Shown here: piece after piece, positions 1 to 9,981 of the stretch | Layout of the letters: each line of letters begins with the position of its first letter | How positions within the stretch are numbered: position 1 is the first letter of the stretch | Assembly: GCA_963770895.1 (NCBI GenBank) | Contig: CAVYRF010000002.1 | Coordinates: 3,744,001-3,808,000, forward strand | DNA: 64,000 nt | DNA from: an uncultured Acidobacteriota bacterium | Lineage (GTDB): Bacteria; Acidobacteriota; Thermoanaerobaculia; Multivoradales; UBA5704 | Reading direction: 5' to 3' | Notes under the pieces: generated by a model | Database searches by the model: none | Told to the model about the DNA's origin: nothing | The model's input: only the letters and a program-made list of their open reading frames with translations | Made by a program: the position numbers and the translations under genes

Positions 1-443
1 CCACGCGCCCCGGCATGGCCGTCGACTACGTGGCGCCGCGGGTGGGCCTGGAAGCGCGCCTGGCGGAGATCTGGCAAGAACTGCTGGGCATCGACGGCAT
101 CGGCCGCCACGACGACTTCTTCGAGCTGGGCGGCGACTCGGTGATCGGCCTGCGCGTCGCCGCGGTGGCGCGCGAGCAGGGCGTGCCGCTGGCGCCCGAA
201 GACCTGTTCGCGTGGCCGACCGTGGCCGGCCTGGCGGAGCAGGTCGCTGCCATGCCTCTACGCATACCAACCGATCCGAGCGCTCCCGGTGCTGCGCTCG
301 CACCGACCACCGCGGCCGCTCCGGCGCATCCGGCCGTTGCCGGCGCTGGCGGAGCCGGCGCCTCGCCGGACGACTTCCCGGACGCCGAGGTCAGCGAGCG
401 CGACCTGGCGACGCTGCTGGCGCGCCTGGGCGCCGGCGGCTGA
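1..443 (+). CDS. C-terminal end of NRPS/PKS protein: phosphopantetheine carrier (PCP/ACP) domain plus docking-like tail (5' truncated by window)
   Basis: YVAP...LAEIWQELLGI..IGRHDDFFELGGDS carrier motif, LFAWPTVAGLA; frame open to window edge; ends DDFPDAEVSERDLATLLARLG. Confidence 0.9.
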   Translation, partial: TRPGMAVDYVAPRVGLEARLAEIWQELLGIDGIGRHDDFFELGGDSVIGLRVAAVAREQGVPLAPEDLFAWPTVAGLAEQVAAMPLRIPTDPSAPGAALAPTTAAAPAHPAVAGAGGAGASPDDFPDAEVSERDLATLLARLGAGG

Positions 444-460
444 ACCGCCGGCGACCTGCG

Positions 461-2983
461 ATGCCGGAAACCGCAACCACCGCACCTGCCGCCACGGCTG
501 CCGCACCGGCGGCGGCCGCCGCCGGCGGCGCCGGGGCGGTCCTGGCCGACGTGCTGCGCGACCTGCGCTACGCCGTCCGCCAGCTGGTGGCAAAGCCGGC
601 GTTCACCCTGACCGCCGGCCTGTCGATCGCGCTCGGCATCGGCGCCAACGTGACGCTGTTCACCTACGTCAACGCCGTCTTCCTGCAACCGCTGCCGGTG
701 ACGCGTCCGGCGGAGCTGGTGGCGCTCTACACCTCCGACGCCGACTTTCCAGGCTACATCGAGTCGTCGTATCTCAACCTGCGCGATCTGCGTGCGGCGC
801 GCTCGGTCTTCGCCGGCCTGGCGATGGAGCTGCCGGTGCGCCTGACCCTGCGCGGCGGCGGCGGCGAGCCCGAGCGTCTGGTGGGCGAGGTGGTTTCGTC
901 GGACTACTTCCAGGTCCTGGGCGTGCGGCCGGCGCTGGGCCGCGCCTTCGTGCCGCACGACGACGACCAGCTGGGCGCCCACCCCGAGGTGGTGCTCTCC
1001 TACGGGCTTTGGCAGCGCCGGTTTGGCGGCGACCGGCGGGCTCTCGGCAGCGAGATCCAGCTCGACGGCCTGCGCTTCACCGTCGTCGGCATCGCCGCCA
1101 GGGGCTTCCACGGCACCAACGCCCTGGCCGACCGCGAGCTGTGGATCCCGCTCGCCATGCGCCAGGGCACCGTCGAAGCGCCCAGGATCGACTGGTTCAA
1201 GCAGCGCGGCGCCCTGATGCTGGGCGCCGTCGCGCGGCTGGCGCCGGGAGTCGGCGACCGCCAGGCCGCGGCGGCGCTGCATGGGCTGGCCGCCAATCTG
1301 CGCCAGGCCTACCCGGACGACAACAAGGGACGCGACGCGGTGCTGCTGCCGCTCGCCCAGGCCAGCCTGGACCCCAACACCCGCGGCAGCTACGTGCTGG
1401 GCGGCTGGTTCCTGATGATCATGGTCGGGCTGGTGCTGCTGCTCGCCTGCGCCAACGTCGCCAATCTGCTGCTGTCCCGCGCCCTGGCGCGCCAGCGCGA
1501 GATCGCCGTGCGCATCGCCCTGGGCGTCAGCCGCGGCCGCCTGGTGCGCCAGCTGTTCAGCGAAAACCTGCTGCTGGCGCTGCTGGGCGGCGGCGCCGGC
1601 CTGCTGCTCGCGCCGTGGGGCCGCCGCCTGCTGTGGAGGTTCCGGCCGGCGACCCTGCCCGAGGGACTGGACCTGTCGTTTCAGCCGCGGGTGATCGTCT
1701 TCGCCATCCTGGCCACGCTCGCGACCGGCGTCCTCTTTGGCCTCATGCCGGCGTTCCAGACCGCGCGCACCGAGGTGGTCGGCGCGCTCAAGAACCTGAC
1801 GCCGCCGCCGCGCCGCATGCGTTCGCGCAGCGCCCTGGTGGTCGGGCAGATCGCGCTGTCGCTGCTGCTGCTCATCGGCACCGGCCTGTTCCTGCGCAGC
1901 CTGCGCCAGGCCGAGCACATCGATCCGGGCATCGCCGCCGGCCACCTGCTGGTGCTGTCGTTCAATCCGGGCGCCGAGGGGTACGACGAGCGGCGCGGCT
2001 TGGACTACTGCCGCCGCGCCGTCGAGGTTGCCACGGCGCTGCCCGGCGTGCGCGCCGCCGCCCTGGGCGCCAACCGGCCGCTGGAACCCGGCCTGGGCGG
2101 GCGCTTCTTCATCGACGGCCGGCCCTCGCCCTCGCCGCGCGACGGCGCCGGCGTGCGCTCCACCAGCGTCGATCCCGGCTACTTTGCCGCCGTCGGCATG
2201 CCCATCCTGCGCGGCCGCGCCTTCACCGCTGCCGACCGCGACGGCGCGGCGCTCGCCGTGATCATCAACGACACCCTGGCGAAGCGCTTCTGGCGCGGCG
2301 AAAACCCGGTCGGCAGCCACCTCGGCTTCGCCGGCACCGACGAACATTTCACCGTCGTCGGCGTCGTCGCCGACGGCAAGTACGGCGCCCTGGGCGAGCC
2401 GCCCCAGGGCTATCTCTACTTCTCCCTGCTGCAGACTTGGAACGGCGCCGCCACCCTCTACGTCCGCACCACCGGCGACCCCGCCGCCGCCCTGGCGAGC
2501 GTCCGCGACGCCGTGCACCGGCTCGATCCCAACCTGCCGTTCGCCGGCGTCACCACCGTCTCCGAGCTGCTCTCCCGGTCGCTGTGGGCGCCGCGCGCCG
2601 CCGCCGCCATCCTGGCCTTCTTCGGTCTTCTCGGCCTCACCCTGGCCGCCCTGGGCACCTACGGCGTCATGTCCTACGCCGTCGCCCGCCGCCGCCGCGA
2701 GATCGGCATCCGCATCGCCGTGGGCGCGCCGCCCGCCGCCATCCTGGGCCGCATCCTGGGCGAAGGCCTCAAGCTCGCCGGCGCCGGCATCCTGCTGGGC
2801 CTGGCCGCCGGATTTGCCACCACGCGGCTGATCGCCACCTTCCTCTACGGCGTCAGCCCCCTGGATGCCGCCACCTTTCTGGGCACCTCCCTGGTCCTTG
2901 CCCTGGTAGCCCTGGTCGCCACCCTGCTGCCCGCCCGCCGCGCCGCCGCCGTCGACCCCCTGAGCGCCCTGCGCGCCGAATAG
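461..2983 (+). CDS. ABC transporter permease, MacB/FtsX duplicated (ADOP-type)
   Basis: DLRYAVRQL..KPAFT, LGIGAN, LLLACANVANLLL, REIAVRIALG, PARRAAAVDP signature segments. Confidence 0.93.
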   Translation: MPETATTAPAATAAAPAAAAAGGAGAVLADVLRDLRYAVRQLVAKPAFTLTAGLSIALGIGANVTLFTYVNAVFLQPLPVTRPAELVALYTSDADFPGYIESSYLNLRDLRAARSVFAGLAMELPVRLTLRGGGGEPERLVGEVVSSDYFQVLGVRPALGRAFVPHDDDQLGAHPEVVLSYGLWQRRFGGDRRALGSEIQLDGLRFTVVGIAARGFHGTNALADRELWIPLAMRQGTVEAPRIDWFKQRGALMLGAVARLAPGVGDRQAAAALHGLAANLRQAYPDDNKGRDAVLLPLAQASLDPNTRGSYVLGGWFLMIMVGLVLLLACANVANLLLSRALARQREIAVRIALGVSRGRLVRQLFSENLLLALLGGGAGLLLAPWGRRLLWRFRPATLPEGLDLSFQPRVIVFAILATLATGVLFGLMPAFQTARTEVVGALKNLTPPPRRMRSRSALVVGQIALSLLLLIGTGLFLRSLRQAEHIDPGIAAGHLLVLSFNPGAEGYDERRGLDYCRRAVEVATALPGVRAAALGANRPLEPGLGGRFFIDGRPSPSPRDGAGVRSTSVDPGYFAAVGMPILRGRAFTAADRDGAALAVIINDTLAKRFWRGENPVGSHLGFAGTDEHFTVVGVVADGKYGALGEPPQGYLYFSLLQTWNGAATLYVRTTGDPAAALASVRDAVHRLDPNLPFAGVTTVSELLSRSLWAPRAAAAILAFFGLLGLTLAALGTYGVMSYAVARRRREIGIRIAVGAPPAAILGRILGEGLKLAGAGILLGLAAGFATTRLIATFLYGVSPLDAATFLGTSLVLALVALVATLLPARRAAAVDPLSALRAE

Positions 2984-3002
2984 CGGCGGGGGCGGCCGGC
3001 CG

Positions 3003-4994
3003 TCAGGTCTGCGGGTCGCGGTGGATGCGCCAGTAGACGGCGTAGCGCTCGTCGTACAGCTGGGCCAGGGGTTCCAGGGTGACGTCGCGATCCTGGCCGC
3101 GGGTGCGGAAGCGGAGGGGCTGATCGGGGACGGCGGCGATCCAGGTCGCGGGGTCGGCCGACCGGGTGCGGAAGGCTGGGGCGGCGACGGGGTCGGATTT
3201 GTATTCGGGGACGGTGCGCGGGGCGGTGGGTTCGGCGCGCAGGACGGCCGGCGTCAGTCCGGCGGTGCCCAGGCGGCCGGCCAGGACCAGGGGGCCGTAC
3301 AGGATCGCTTGCAGGGATTCGTCGTCGGGCATGGGCTGCGCGCGCAGCTGCATGGGCAGCGTCAGCTGCACCTGGTCGCCATCGTGCCAGGTGCGATCCA
3401 GGACCAGGTAGGCGCCGGGGGAGGCGAAGCTGTCCAGGCGCCTGCCGTTGAGGCGGACGGCGCCGCCGCGCGCGGTCCACGCCGGCACGCGCAGCCGGGC
3501 GGCGAACGACACCGGCTGGGCGACGCGAAAGGTGAGCGTCACGGTGTCTTCGGCGGGGAAGCGGGTGTCCTGGATCAGGCGCACGCCCCGCTCGCTCCAA
3601 TCCAGGTCGGACGCGATGTACTGGTTGACGAAGAGGCCGTCGGCGTCCTGGAAGTAGAGGTGCTCGGCGGCGCGCGCGAAGGATTCGCAGCCCGAGCCGG
3701 TGCAGCACCAGAAATCCTGCAACGGCGTGCCGAACAGCTTCCAATAGCCGGCGGCGAGCGGCACGTAGTACAGCTTCGATCCGTCGCGCGGATGCTGGGT
3801 GCCCAGGACGCCGTTCCAGAGCGCCCGTTCGGCGTAGTCGGCGCAGGCGGCGTCCGCGGTCCAGGCAAAGACGTGGCGGGTGAGCTTGAGCAGGTTGTAG
3901 GTGACGCAGCACTCCTGCGTGTAGCCGCTCAGCTCGCTGGCCAGGACGCCGGGGTCGGCGCCCCAGCTCTCGCCGTTGCTGGTGCCGCCGGTGCAGTAGG
4001 CGCGGCGGCTGGTGACCTGGCGCCAGAAGTACTCGGCGATCTGGCGGTAGCGCGGCTCACCGGTCAGTTCGTAGCGCCGCGCGGCGCCCAGGATCTTGGG
4101 GATGGTGGTGTTGACGTGCAGCCCCTTGAGCTCGTCGCGGCCGGCGGCCAGGGGCGCGAAGATGCGTTCGTGATCGAAGGCGTGGGCCAGCTCGCGCAGG
4201 TCGGCGTCGTCGTCGAGCGCCGACAGGTCGTAGAGCACCTCGTTCATGCCGCCGTACTCGCGTTCCAGGATCCGCGCCATGCCGGCCTCGCCCAGGGGGC
4301 GCACCCAGCGGCCGGTCCAGGCCGCCATGTCGCGCAGCATGGCGAGCGCCTGGCGGTTGCCGGCGTACAGGTACATGTCGAGCAGGCCGGCCATGATCTT
4401 GTGCAGCGTGTACCAGGGCGCCCAGACCTGCCTGCCGGCGCGCAGGCGGTCCAGGAACTCTTCGGGGAAAGCGCTCAAATAGCCGCTGCCCAGCGCCTGC
4501 TGGCACTTCGCCAGCTGGGCGACCATGGCGTCGCCGCGCGCCGTCACGTCTGCCGCGGCCGGACCGCCGCCCGCCCCGATGCGGGCGCACGCGGACAGGT
4601 AGTGGCCGGTGAAGTGGCCGCGCAGCTCGTTGACCGGGGCCTCCCAGCCGCCCAGCGGCACGGCGGTGGAGGGGAGGCCGGCAGTGACCCGGAACATGTG
4701 CAGAAGCCGGTCCGGGTCCAACCCCATGACGAACCGCTGATTCACCTGGGCGGCATCCAGGAACGGCCCCGGTCGCAGCCGCACCCGCGCCAGGTCGAAC
4801 GGCATCGCTACCAGCCGCGACGGCGGCTTGTCGGGGCCGATCGCGCCGCCGGTGGTGGCGCTGGTGGTGGTGTTGGCGGTCGCGAACCTCGGCATCGCCA
4901 CCGTGGCCGCCGCGGCGGCGGTGGCTGTGGCGGCCGCGGCGCCCAGGAACTGGCGGCGGGTGGGGCCAGGGCCGTTGCCGGGAGCGGCGGGCAT
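3003..4994 (-). CDS. Glycoside hydrolase family 127/146 (beta-L-arabinofuranosidase-like), Tat-exported
   Basis: TRRQFL Tat motif; GGWE..ELRGHFTGHYLSA, WAPWYTLHKIMAGL, EYGGMNE, ECCVTYN, FWCCTGSG. Confidence 0.9.
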   Translation of the reverse strand: MPAAPGNGPGPTRRQFLGAAAATATAAAAATVAMPRFATANTTTSATTGGAIGPDKPPSRLVAMPFDLARVRLRPGPFLDAAQVNQRFVMGLDPDRLLHMFRVTAGLPSTAVPLGGWEAPVNELRGHFTGHYLSACARIGAGGGPAAADVTARGDAMVAQLAKCQQALGSGYLSAFPEEFLDRLRAGRQVWAPWYTLHKIMAGLLDMYLYAGNRQALAMLRDMAAWTGRWVRPLGEAGMARILEREYGGMNEVLYDLSALDDDADLRELAHAFDHERIFAPLAAGRDELKGLHVNTTIPKILGAARRYELTGEPRYRQIAEYFWRQVTSRRAYCTGGTSNGESWGADPGVLASELSGYTQECCVTYNLLKLTRHVFAWTADAACADYAERALWNGVLGTQHPRDGSKLYYVPLAAGYWKLFGTPLQDFWCCTGSGCESFARAAEHLYFQDADGLFVNQYIASDLDWSERGVRLIQDTRFPAEDTVTLTFRVAQPVSFAARLRVPAWTARGGAVRLNGRRLDSFASPGAYLVLDRTWHDGDQVQLTLPMQLRAQPMPDDESLQAILYGPLVLAGRLGTAGLTPAVLRAEPTAPRTVPEYKSDPVAAPAFRTRSADPATWIAAVPDQPLRFRTRGQDRDVTLEPLAQLYDERYAVYWRIHRDPQT

Positions 4995-4998
4995 GGCC

Positions 4999-5973
4999 TT
5001 ACGGGATCAGCAAGACCTTGCCGGTGGTCCGACGCCCTTCCAGCGCCTGCTGTGCTGCGCCGGCGTCGCGCAGGGCGAATTCGGCGCCGATGCGCACGTC
5101 GAGCTTGCCGGCGGCGATCCAGCCGAACAGGTCGTCAGCGCGGCCCAGCAGCTCGTCGCGGCTGGCGATGTAGTTGAACAGCGTCGGGCGGGTCAGGAAC
5201 AGCGAGCCGCCGGTGGCCAGCCGGCCGGGATCGAAGGGCGGCACGCCGCCGCTCGACTGGCCGAAGATCACCATCATGCCGCGCGGCGACAGGCAGGTCA
5301 GCCCGCGATCGAAGGTCGACTTGCCCACCCCGTCGTAGATCACGGCGACGCCGCGGTCGCCGGTGGCGCGCTTGACCTCGGCGGCGAAATCCTGTTTTTC
5401 ATAGAAGATGACCTGGTCGGCGCCGGCCTTGCGCGCCAGCTCCGCCTTTTCGTCGGTCGACACGGTGGCAAAGACGTGCGCGCCGCGCATCTTGGCGATC
5501 TGGCAGAGCAGCAGGCCGACGCCGCCGGCCGCGGCGTGGACCAGGCACGCGTCACCCTCCTTGAGTGGGAAGGTGGTGGTCGCCAGGTAGTGGGCGGTCA
5601 TGCCCTGCAGCATCACCGCCGCGCCCTGACGGCTGCTCACCGCCGGCGGCAGCTTGACCAGGCGTGCCGCGGGCACCGCGGCCATCTCGGCGTAGGCGCC
5701 CTGCACGGCGCACCAGGCAACGCGATCGCCTTTGGCGACTTCGGTGACTCCGTCGCCGACCGCCGTGACGACACCTGCCCCCTCCTGGCCCAGGGTGAAC
5801 GGCGGCGGCGTCTGTAGCTTGTAAAAGCCGGTGCGGTGGTAGACGTCGATGAAGTTGAGGCCCGCCGCCTCGACCTTGACCACCGCCTGTCCCGGCCCCG
5901 GCTGCGGGTCGGCGACCTCTTCGTAGCGGAGGGCTTCGGGCCCTCCCACCTGGTGCACGCGCACTGCCTTCAT
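4999..5973 (-). CDS. qor: NADPH:quinone oxidoreductase (zeta-crystallin/MDR family)
   Basis: [45 protein letters not shown]. Confidence 0.92.
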   Translation of the reverse strand: MKAVRVHQVGGPEALRYEEVADPQPGPGQAVVKVEAAGLNFIDVYHRTGFYKLQTPPPFTLGQEGAGVVTAVGDGVTEVAKGDRVAWCAVQGAYAEMAAVPAARLVKLPPAVSSRQGAAVMLQGMTAHYLATTTFPLKEGDACLVHAAAGGVGLLLCQIAKMRGAHVFATVSTDEKAELARKAGADQVIFYEKQDFAAEVKRATGDRGVAVIYDGVGKSTFDRGLTCLSPRGMMVIFGQSSGGVPPFDPGRLATGGSLFLTRPTLFNYIASRDELLGRADDLFGWIAAGKLDVRIGAEFALRDAGAAQQALEGRRTTGKVLLIP

Positions 5974-6067
5974 CGGCAGACCTCCCACGACGGCAGAGGC
6001 GCTCCGCGCGCCGCCGCTGACGGCATTATCCTACGCGGCGGCCGCGGAGGTGCTGTTCAGGACGATG

Positions 6068-6334
6068 CTAGCCGCCGTTCGGGTCGAGGGCCGGGCCCGC
6101 GTCGCTCGGGGTGATCCTGCCGGTGGCGGGGCCGGCGGTGGACTGCAGGCCGTTCCATACCTGGTGGGCAAAATGCAGCAGCCCTTCCAGGGACCACAGG
6201 GTGGGGGAGTGCGCCGCCACGGCGGCCGTCGCGGGGGCCGTCGGGCGGGGTGCCGGAGCGGCATGCAGCGTCGCCGGGAGGACCAGCGCGGCGCACAGCA
6301 GTGCCAAGGCGAAAGTGCGTGCGGGAAGGGACAT
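6068..6334 (-). CDS. Small secreted protein/pro-peptide (88 aa) with C-terminal DPNGG
   Basis: AAGGAG RBS 7 nt before ATG; signal peptide ending ...TLHA; amphipathic Trp helix; ends DAGPALDPNGG. Confidence 0.75.
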   Translation of the reverse strand: MSLPARTFALALLCAALVLPATLHAAPAPRPTAPATAAVAAHSPTLWSLEGLLHFAHQVWNGLQSTAGPATGRITPSDAGPALDPNGG

Positions 6335-6527
6335 GGTGCGACTCCTTCACGGCGGCTGGGCTGAGACGGCCTCAATTGGCCGCGAGCCAGCCGCAGGGGA
6401 TGAGACGTGTCAAGGGTCCAGCGCCCGATGTCTGCCGGGAGCCGGGCGCCGGGGGCCGATACCGCCGGAGGCCGGCACCGCCGGGGGGCCGGAGGCCGGG
6501 TGCAGCGGGCTGCCGCCGTCCCGCACC

Positions 6528-7832
6528 TCAGGCCAGCCCGAGCCGCCATGGCTCCGGGCCGCGGGGACGCTCCCGTTCCAGCACCGCGGCCAGCCGGCGA
6601 GCCAGCTCGACGGTCAGCCGCTCCTCTTCGCAGGCGTGCTGGAACAGCAGCAGCGCCGCCATCGCTTCGCGGTGTACGTCGCGGGAGGAGAAGACCGGCA
6701 GGATGTCCAGCGACAGGCGCTTGAGCTCCTGCAGGTTGCTCTCCTGCGCGTAGAGGATTCCCAGGTCGAGCGACACCAGCGCCGCGTCGTAGCCGATGTC
6801 GCGGCGCAGGAATTCAAGCTGCACTTCGCGGAACGCCTGCTCGGCCGGGTCGCGCTGCCCCAGACCGAAGGCGATCCGTCCTTCCACCCAGCGCAGCCGC
6901 ACCAGGTCCACCTGGTTGCCCAGGCGGCCCGCCAGCTCCTTGACTTCGGGCAGCAACGCCGCGGCTTCCTGGTGGCGGCCGGCAGCCGGCAGGTACAGCA
7001 GGAGGTTGTGCTTCAGGCAGAGGATCAGCCGGGGGTCCCGTTCCTGGTCGATCCACGGCGCCGCCTGACGCAGCGCCAGGATCGCGCCCTCGACGTCGCC
7101 GCTCTCCTCCAGCGTGACGGCGCGATTGACCAGCGATCGGCCAGCCAGGTGCAGGTCGCGCAGCTCGGGATCGTCGCTGGTGTAGGTGGCGATGACGCGG
7201 TCCAGCAGCACCAGCGCGTCGGCGAAGCGGCGCTCGTCGCGGCGCAGCGACGCTTCCAGGTCCAGCACCTCGGCCTCGATGCGGGGGTTGCCGGTGCCGC
7301 CGCGCCGCAAGTGCCCATGGGCATCCAGGAAGGCGTCGCCGGCGCTTTGCGTCTCGCTGATCACGCGCCGCGCGTTGCCCAGGTGGGCGCAGGCCAGCGC
7401 GCGCAGGTCCGCCACCCAGTCGCGGTCGTAGGCTTCGCCCAGGTGGTCGGCGATCTTGACCGCCAGGACCGCCAGCCGCACCGCGACGGCGGGGCGCTGG
7501 ATGGTGGCGTCCAGGCTCTTGCGCAGCAGCAGGCGGCACAGCCCCCAGGTCTGCAGCGCCCCGTCGTCCTCCACCTGGCGCAGCTGCTGGTCGTACGGCA
7601 ACGGTTCCAACCGCCGCCACAGCTCGGGCGCGTCCAGGCCTTCGAGCACCACCACCATGTCGTCCCAATGGCCGACTTCGATCCGCAACCGCCGCATCTC
7701 GTCATGGATCTCGCGGCAGCCGGCGCAGACGCCGATCAGGTGAGGGATCACGACCTGCTGCAGCTCCTCCACCTCGATCCGACCGGACGCCAGCCGCGCC
7801 AGCGTTGCCAGCGACAGATGTCGATCCTCCAT
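6528..7832 (-). CDS. TPR-like helical repeat protein with N-terminal His/Cys zinc-finger-like motif
   Basis: AAGGAG RBS before ATG 7832; H-x25-HLIGVCAGC; TPR-like helices (ALACAHLGNARR, LRWVEGRIAFGLG, AALVSLDLGILY). Confidence 0.8.
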   Translation of the reverse strand: MEDRHLSLATLARLASGRIEVEELQQVVIPHLIGVCAGCREIHDEMRRLRIEVGHWDDMVVVLEGLDAPELWRRLEPLPYDQQLRQVEDDGALQTWGLCRLLLRKSLDATIQRPAVAVRLAVLAVKIADHLGEAYDRDWVADLRALACAHLGNARRVISETQSAGDAFLDAHGHLRRGGTGNPRIEAEVLDLEASLRRDERRFADALVLLDRVIATYTSDDPELRDLHLAGRSLVNRAVTLEESGDVEGAILALRQAAPWIDQERDPRLILCLKHNLLLYLPAAGRHQEAAALLPEVKELAGRLGNQVDLVRLRWVEGRIAFGLGQRDPAEQAFREVQLEFLRRDIGYDAALVSLDLGILYAQESNLQELKRLSLDILPVFSSRDVHREAMAALLLFQHACEEERLTVELARRLAAVLERERPRGPEPWRLGLA

Positions 7833-8329
7833 CCATGCTCCTTTGTTCCCGCAACTCCGCCAGGGGGCAGCGGGCAATCCTTGCCCCTCATCCATGTCGC
7901 GGCACCAATTGACGCTACTTTGTGCCTGATTCGGCAACAAATTTTTGGACGTGACGCGGCGATAGCGAAAAAGAACCTCAGTCGACACCATCGCGTCGCC
8001 TTTCGGCGCAACATAGATTAAGCCAGAAAGTTAGAAATTTCAAATAATCGTGTATCTGGTTGGGGTCGGCGTTGGTTCTGGAGCGCTCCAACGCGGAGGA
8101 TCGGCGGGCGCCCGACCTACGAGCGGCCCAACGCGAGTACCTCGGCCGCGAGCCCGGGCGCCCTACACTAGCTTGGGGACAAGCCGGCACAGCCTCGGCG
8201 CCCGCCACCACCGCTGGGACCAAGCCCCCCGCCGAGGTCCCCGCGACCAAGCAACTCCGCTTCCTGGAGGCGTGGGGCTAGAATACCCGCCGCCCGGCTC
8301 GCCCTTGGAGGGTGCCGCCGGTTGTCCGA

Positions 8330-9454
8330 ATGAAACGGCGCCTGCTGCCCCCGCTGCTGATCCTGGCGATCACCTTGGGACTGCTCGCCCTGGCCGAGGG
8401 CGGCACGCGGCTGGTGCTGCGTCTGCGCGATGGGGTCTGGCCCGAAACCTCGGTCAGCGCGGTGCGGCGCCAGCAGAACGAGGTGCTGCGCCTCTACCGG
8501 CGGCACCCCTTCCTGAACACCGCGCCGCACGCCGCCACGCGGGTGCATGCCTTTGGCAAGGAAGCGTCCTTCAACTCCCTGGGCTACCGCTCGCCCGAGC
8601 GCCCCCTGGCGCGGCCGCCCGGCACGCTGCGCATCCTGTGCGAGGGGGGCTCGACCACCTTCGACCTGCTGGCGGCGCGCGACGAGCAGACCTGGCCCTG
8701 GCGGCTCGAGCAGAAGCTGCGGGCGGGCCGGCCGCAGCTGGAGGTCTGGAATGCCGGTTTTCCCGGCTGGACGTCGCTCGAAAACGTCATCTCCCTGGCT
8801 GAGCGTGACGCCGACCTGGATGCGCGGCTGGTGGTTCTCTTTCAGGGCGACAACGACCTGCAACCGGGAGGCTGTCAACCCTTCGACCGCCAATACGAGC
8901 ACTGCCACGCCGGCCTGGTCGTGCGCGCGCTGGGTTTCGATCCGCCGCCGCTGCCGTGGCGCTCGCGCAGCGTCCTGCTGGAGCGGCTGCGCACCGCTCT
9001 AGGGCGCCCGGTGGATCCCTGGGCGACGCTCGAACCGAACGAGGCCCGGCACCCCGGCCTGGAGCCCGCGGCAGTCGCCACCTTTGCCCGCAACGTCCGC
9101 TCCCTGATCGGCATCGCCCGCGCCCACGGCGCCCGCGTCGCGCTGGTCACCCAGACCGTGCGCATCCGCCAGGCCCACCGCGCCGAAGACCTGAAGTACC
9201 TTGCGCAATGGCTGCCCGGCCTGCAGCCCGAAGCCGCGCCCGCCCAGCTGGAACGCCTGAACGCCGTCCTGCGCTCCCTGCCCGCCACCGCCGCCGCCGC
9301 ATCCGGCGACGTCTACCTGCTCGACGCCGCCGTAAGCGTCCCCTGGCAGGACGAAGACTTCGCCGACCCCCTGCACTTCTCCGACCAGGGCAGCGAGAGG
9401 CTTGCCGCCTACCTGGCCGGCGCCCTGCCGCTACCCGCGCCGCAAGCGCCCTGA
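8330..9454 (+). CDS. SGNH/GDSL hydrolase family protein, N-terminally membrane-anchored
   Basis: N-terminal TM; NSLGYRS, ILCEGGSTT (block I), NAGFPG, QGDND, DPLH (block V). Confidence 0.85.
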   Translation: MKRRLLPPLLILAITLGLLALAEGGTRLVLRLRDGVWPETSVSAVRRQQNEVLRLYRRHPFLNTAPHAATRVHAFGKEASFNSLGYRSPERPLARPPGTLRILCEGGSTTFDLLAARDEQTWPWRLEQKLRAGRPQLEVWNAGFPGWTSLENVISLAERDADLDARLVVLFQGDNDLQPGGCQPFDRQYEHCHAGLVVRALGFDPPPLPWRSRSVLLERLRTALGRPVDPWATLEPNEARHPGLEPAAVATFARNVRSLIGIARAHGARVALVTQTVRIRQAHRAEDLKYLAQWLPGLQPEAAPAQLERLNAVLRSLPATAAAASGDVYLLDAAVSVPWQDEDFADPLHFSDQGSERLAAYLAGALPLPAPQAP

Positions 9455-9485
9455 TCGGGCAAGACGGTTCCCCTCGTCCCCCCGG

Positions 9486-9523
9486 CCCGATCGCGGACGC
9501 GCCGCAGGCGCGCCGCGGTCGGG
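9486..9523. terminator. GC-rich hairpin between convergent SGNH and precursor genes
   Basis: cccgatcgcgg...ccgcggtcggg arms with inner cgcgcc/ggcgcg stem; no U-tract. Confidence 0.4.
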
Positions 9524-9560
9524 GCAACCGAGCGCTACCGATTGCGGCCGCTTCCGGCGA

Positions 9561-9743
9561 TCAGCCCGGAGGCGAGCACTGCACGCACGCGCTGAGCGCG
9601 CACAGCGACACCGTGGGCGCGCACGTGTACGTGTACTCATGGCCGCCAGCCGCCGCGGCAAGCTCGTCGGGGTTCATCTGCAACAACGTTTCGCGACTGA
9701 GGATCATCTTGCGAGTGCTACGGGTCGTCCCGTTCCGCTTCAT
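9561..9743 (-). CDS. RiPP (lanthipeptide-like) precursor peptide, 60 aa
   Basis: AAAGGGAG RBS; leader MKRNGTTRSTRKMILSRETLLQMNPDELAAAAGG (LxRETL, double-Gly); core HEYTYTCAPTVSLCALSACVQCSPPG (4 Cys, 3 Thr, 3 Ser). Confidence 0.8.
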   Translation of the reverse strand: MKRNGTTRSTRKMILSRETLLQMNPDELAAAAGGHEYTYTCAPTVSLCALSACVQCSPPG

Positions 9744-9981
9744 CAGGCGTCTCCCTTTCAGAGCGACACCGGCGCCCACGCATCGTCGCCCGCCCAGCCA
9801 CACGGCCGCGGCAGATCGCGATCGTCCAGCGCCGTCGTCGCCGTCCATCTCTCACAGTGCGCCCCCCGCTCGCAAATGCGCCGCCGGGAACACGCTCTTG
9901 CCATCGGCGCGCAACCTCCGACGCCGTTCATCTCGACTCCCAATCCGTTCCGCGAACCGGCGATCACCTTGGTCTTGTGAA

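Noticed and set aside
8956-9981. N-terminal extension of the 567-aa ORF 8956-10659
   Set aside because: Overlaps the SGNH gene and the antisense precursor gene; only the part after about 9982 looks protein-like
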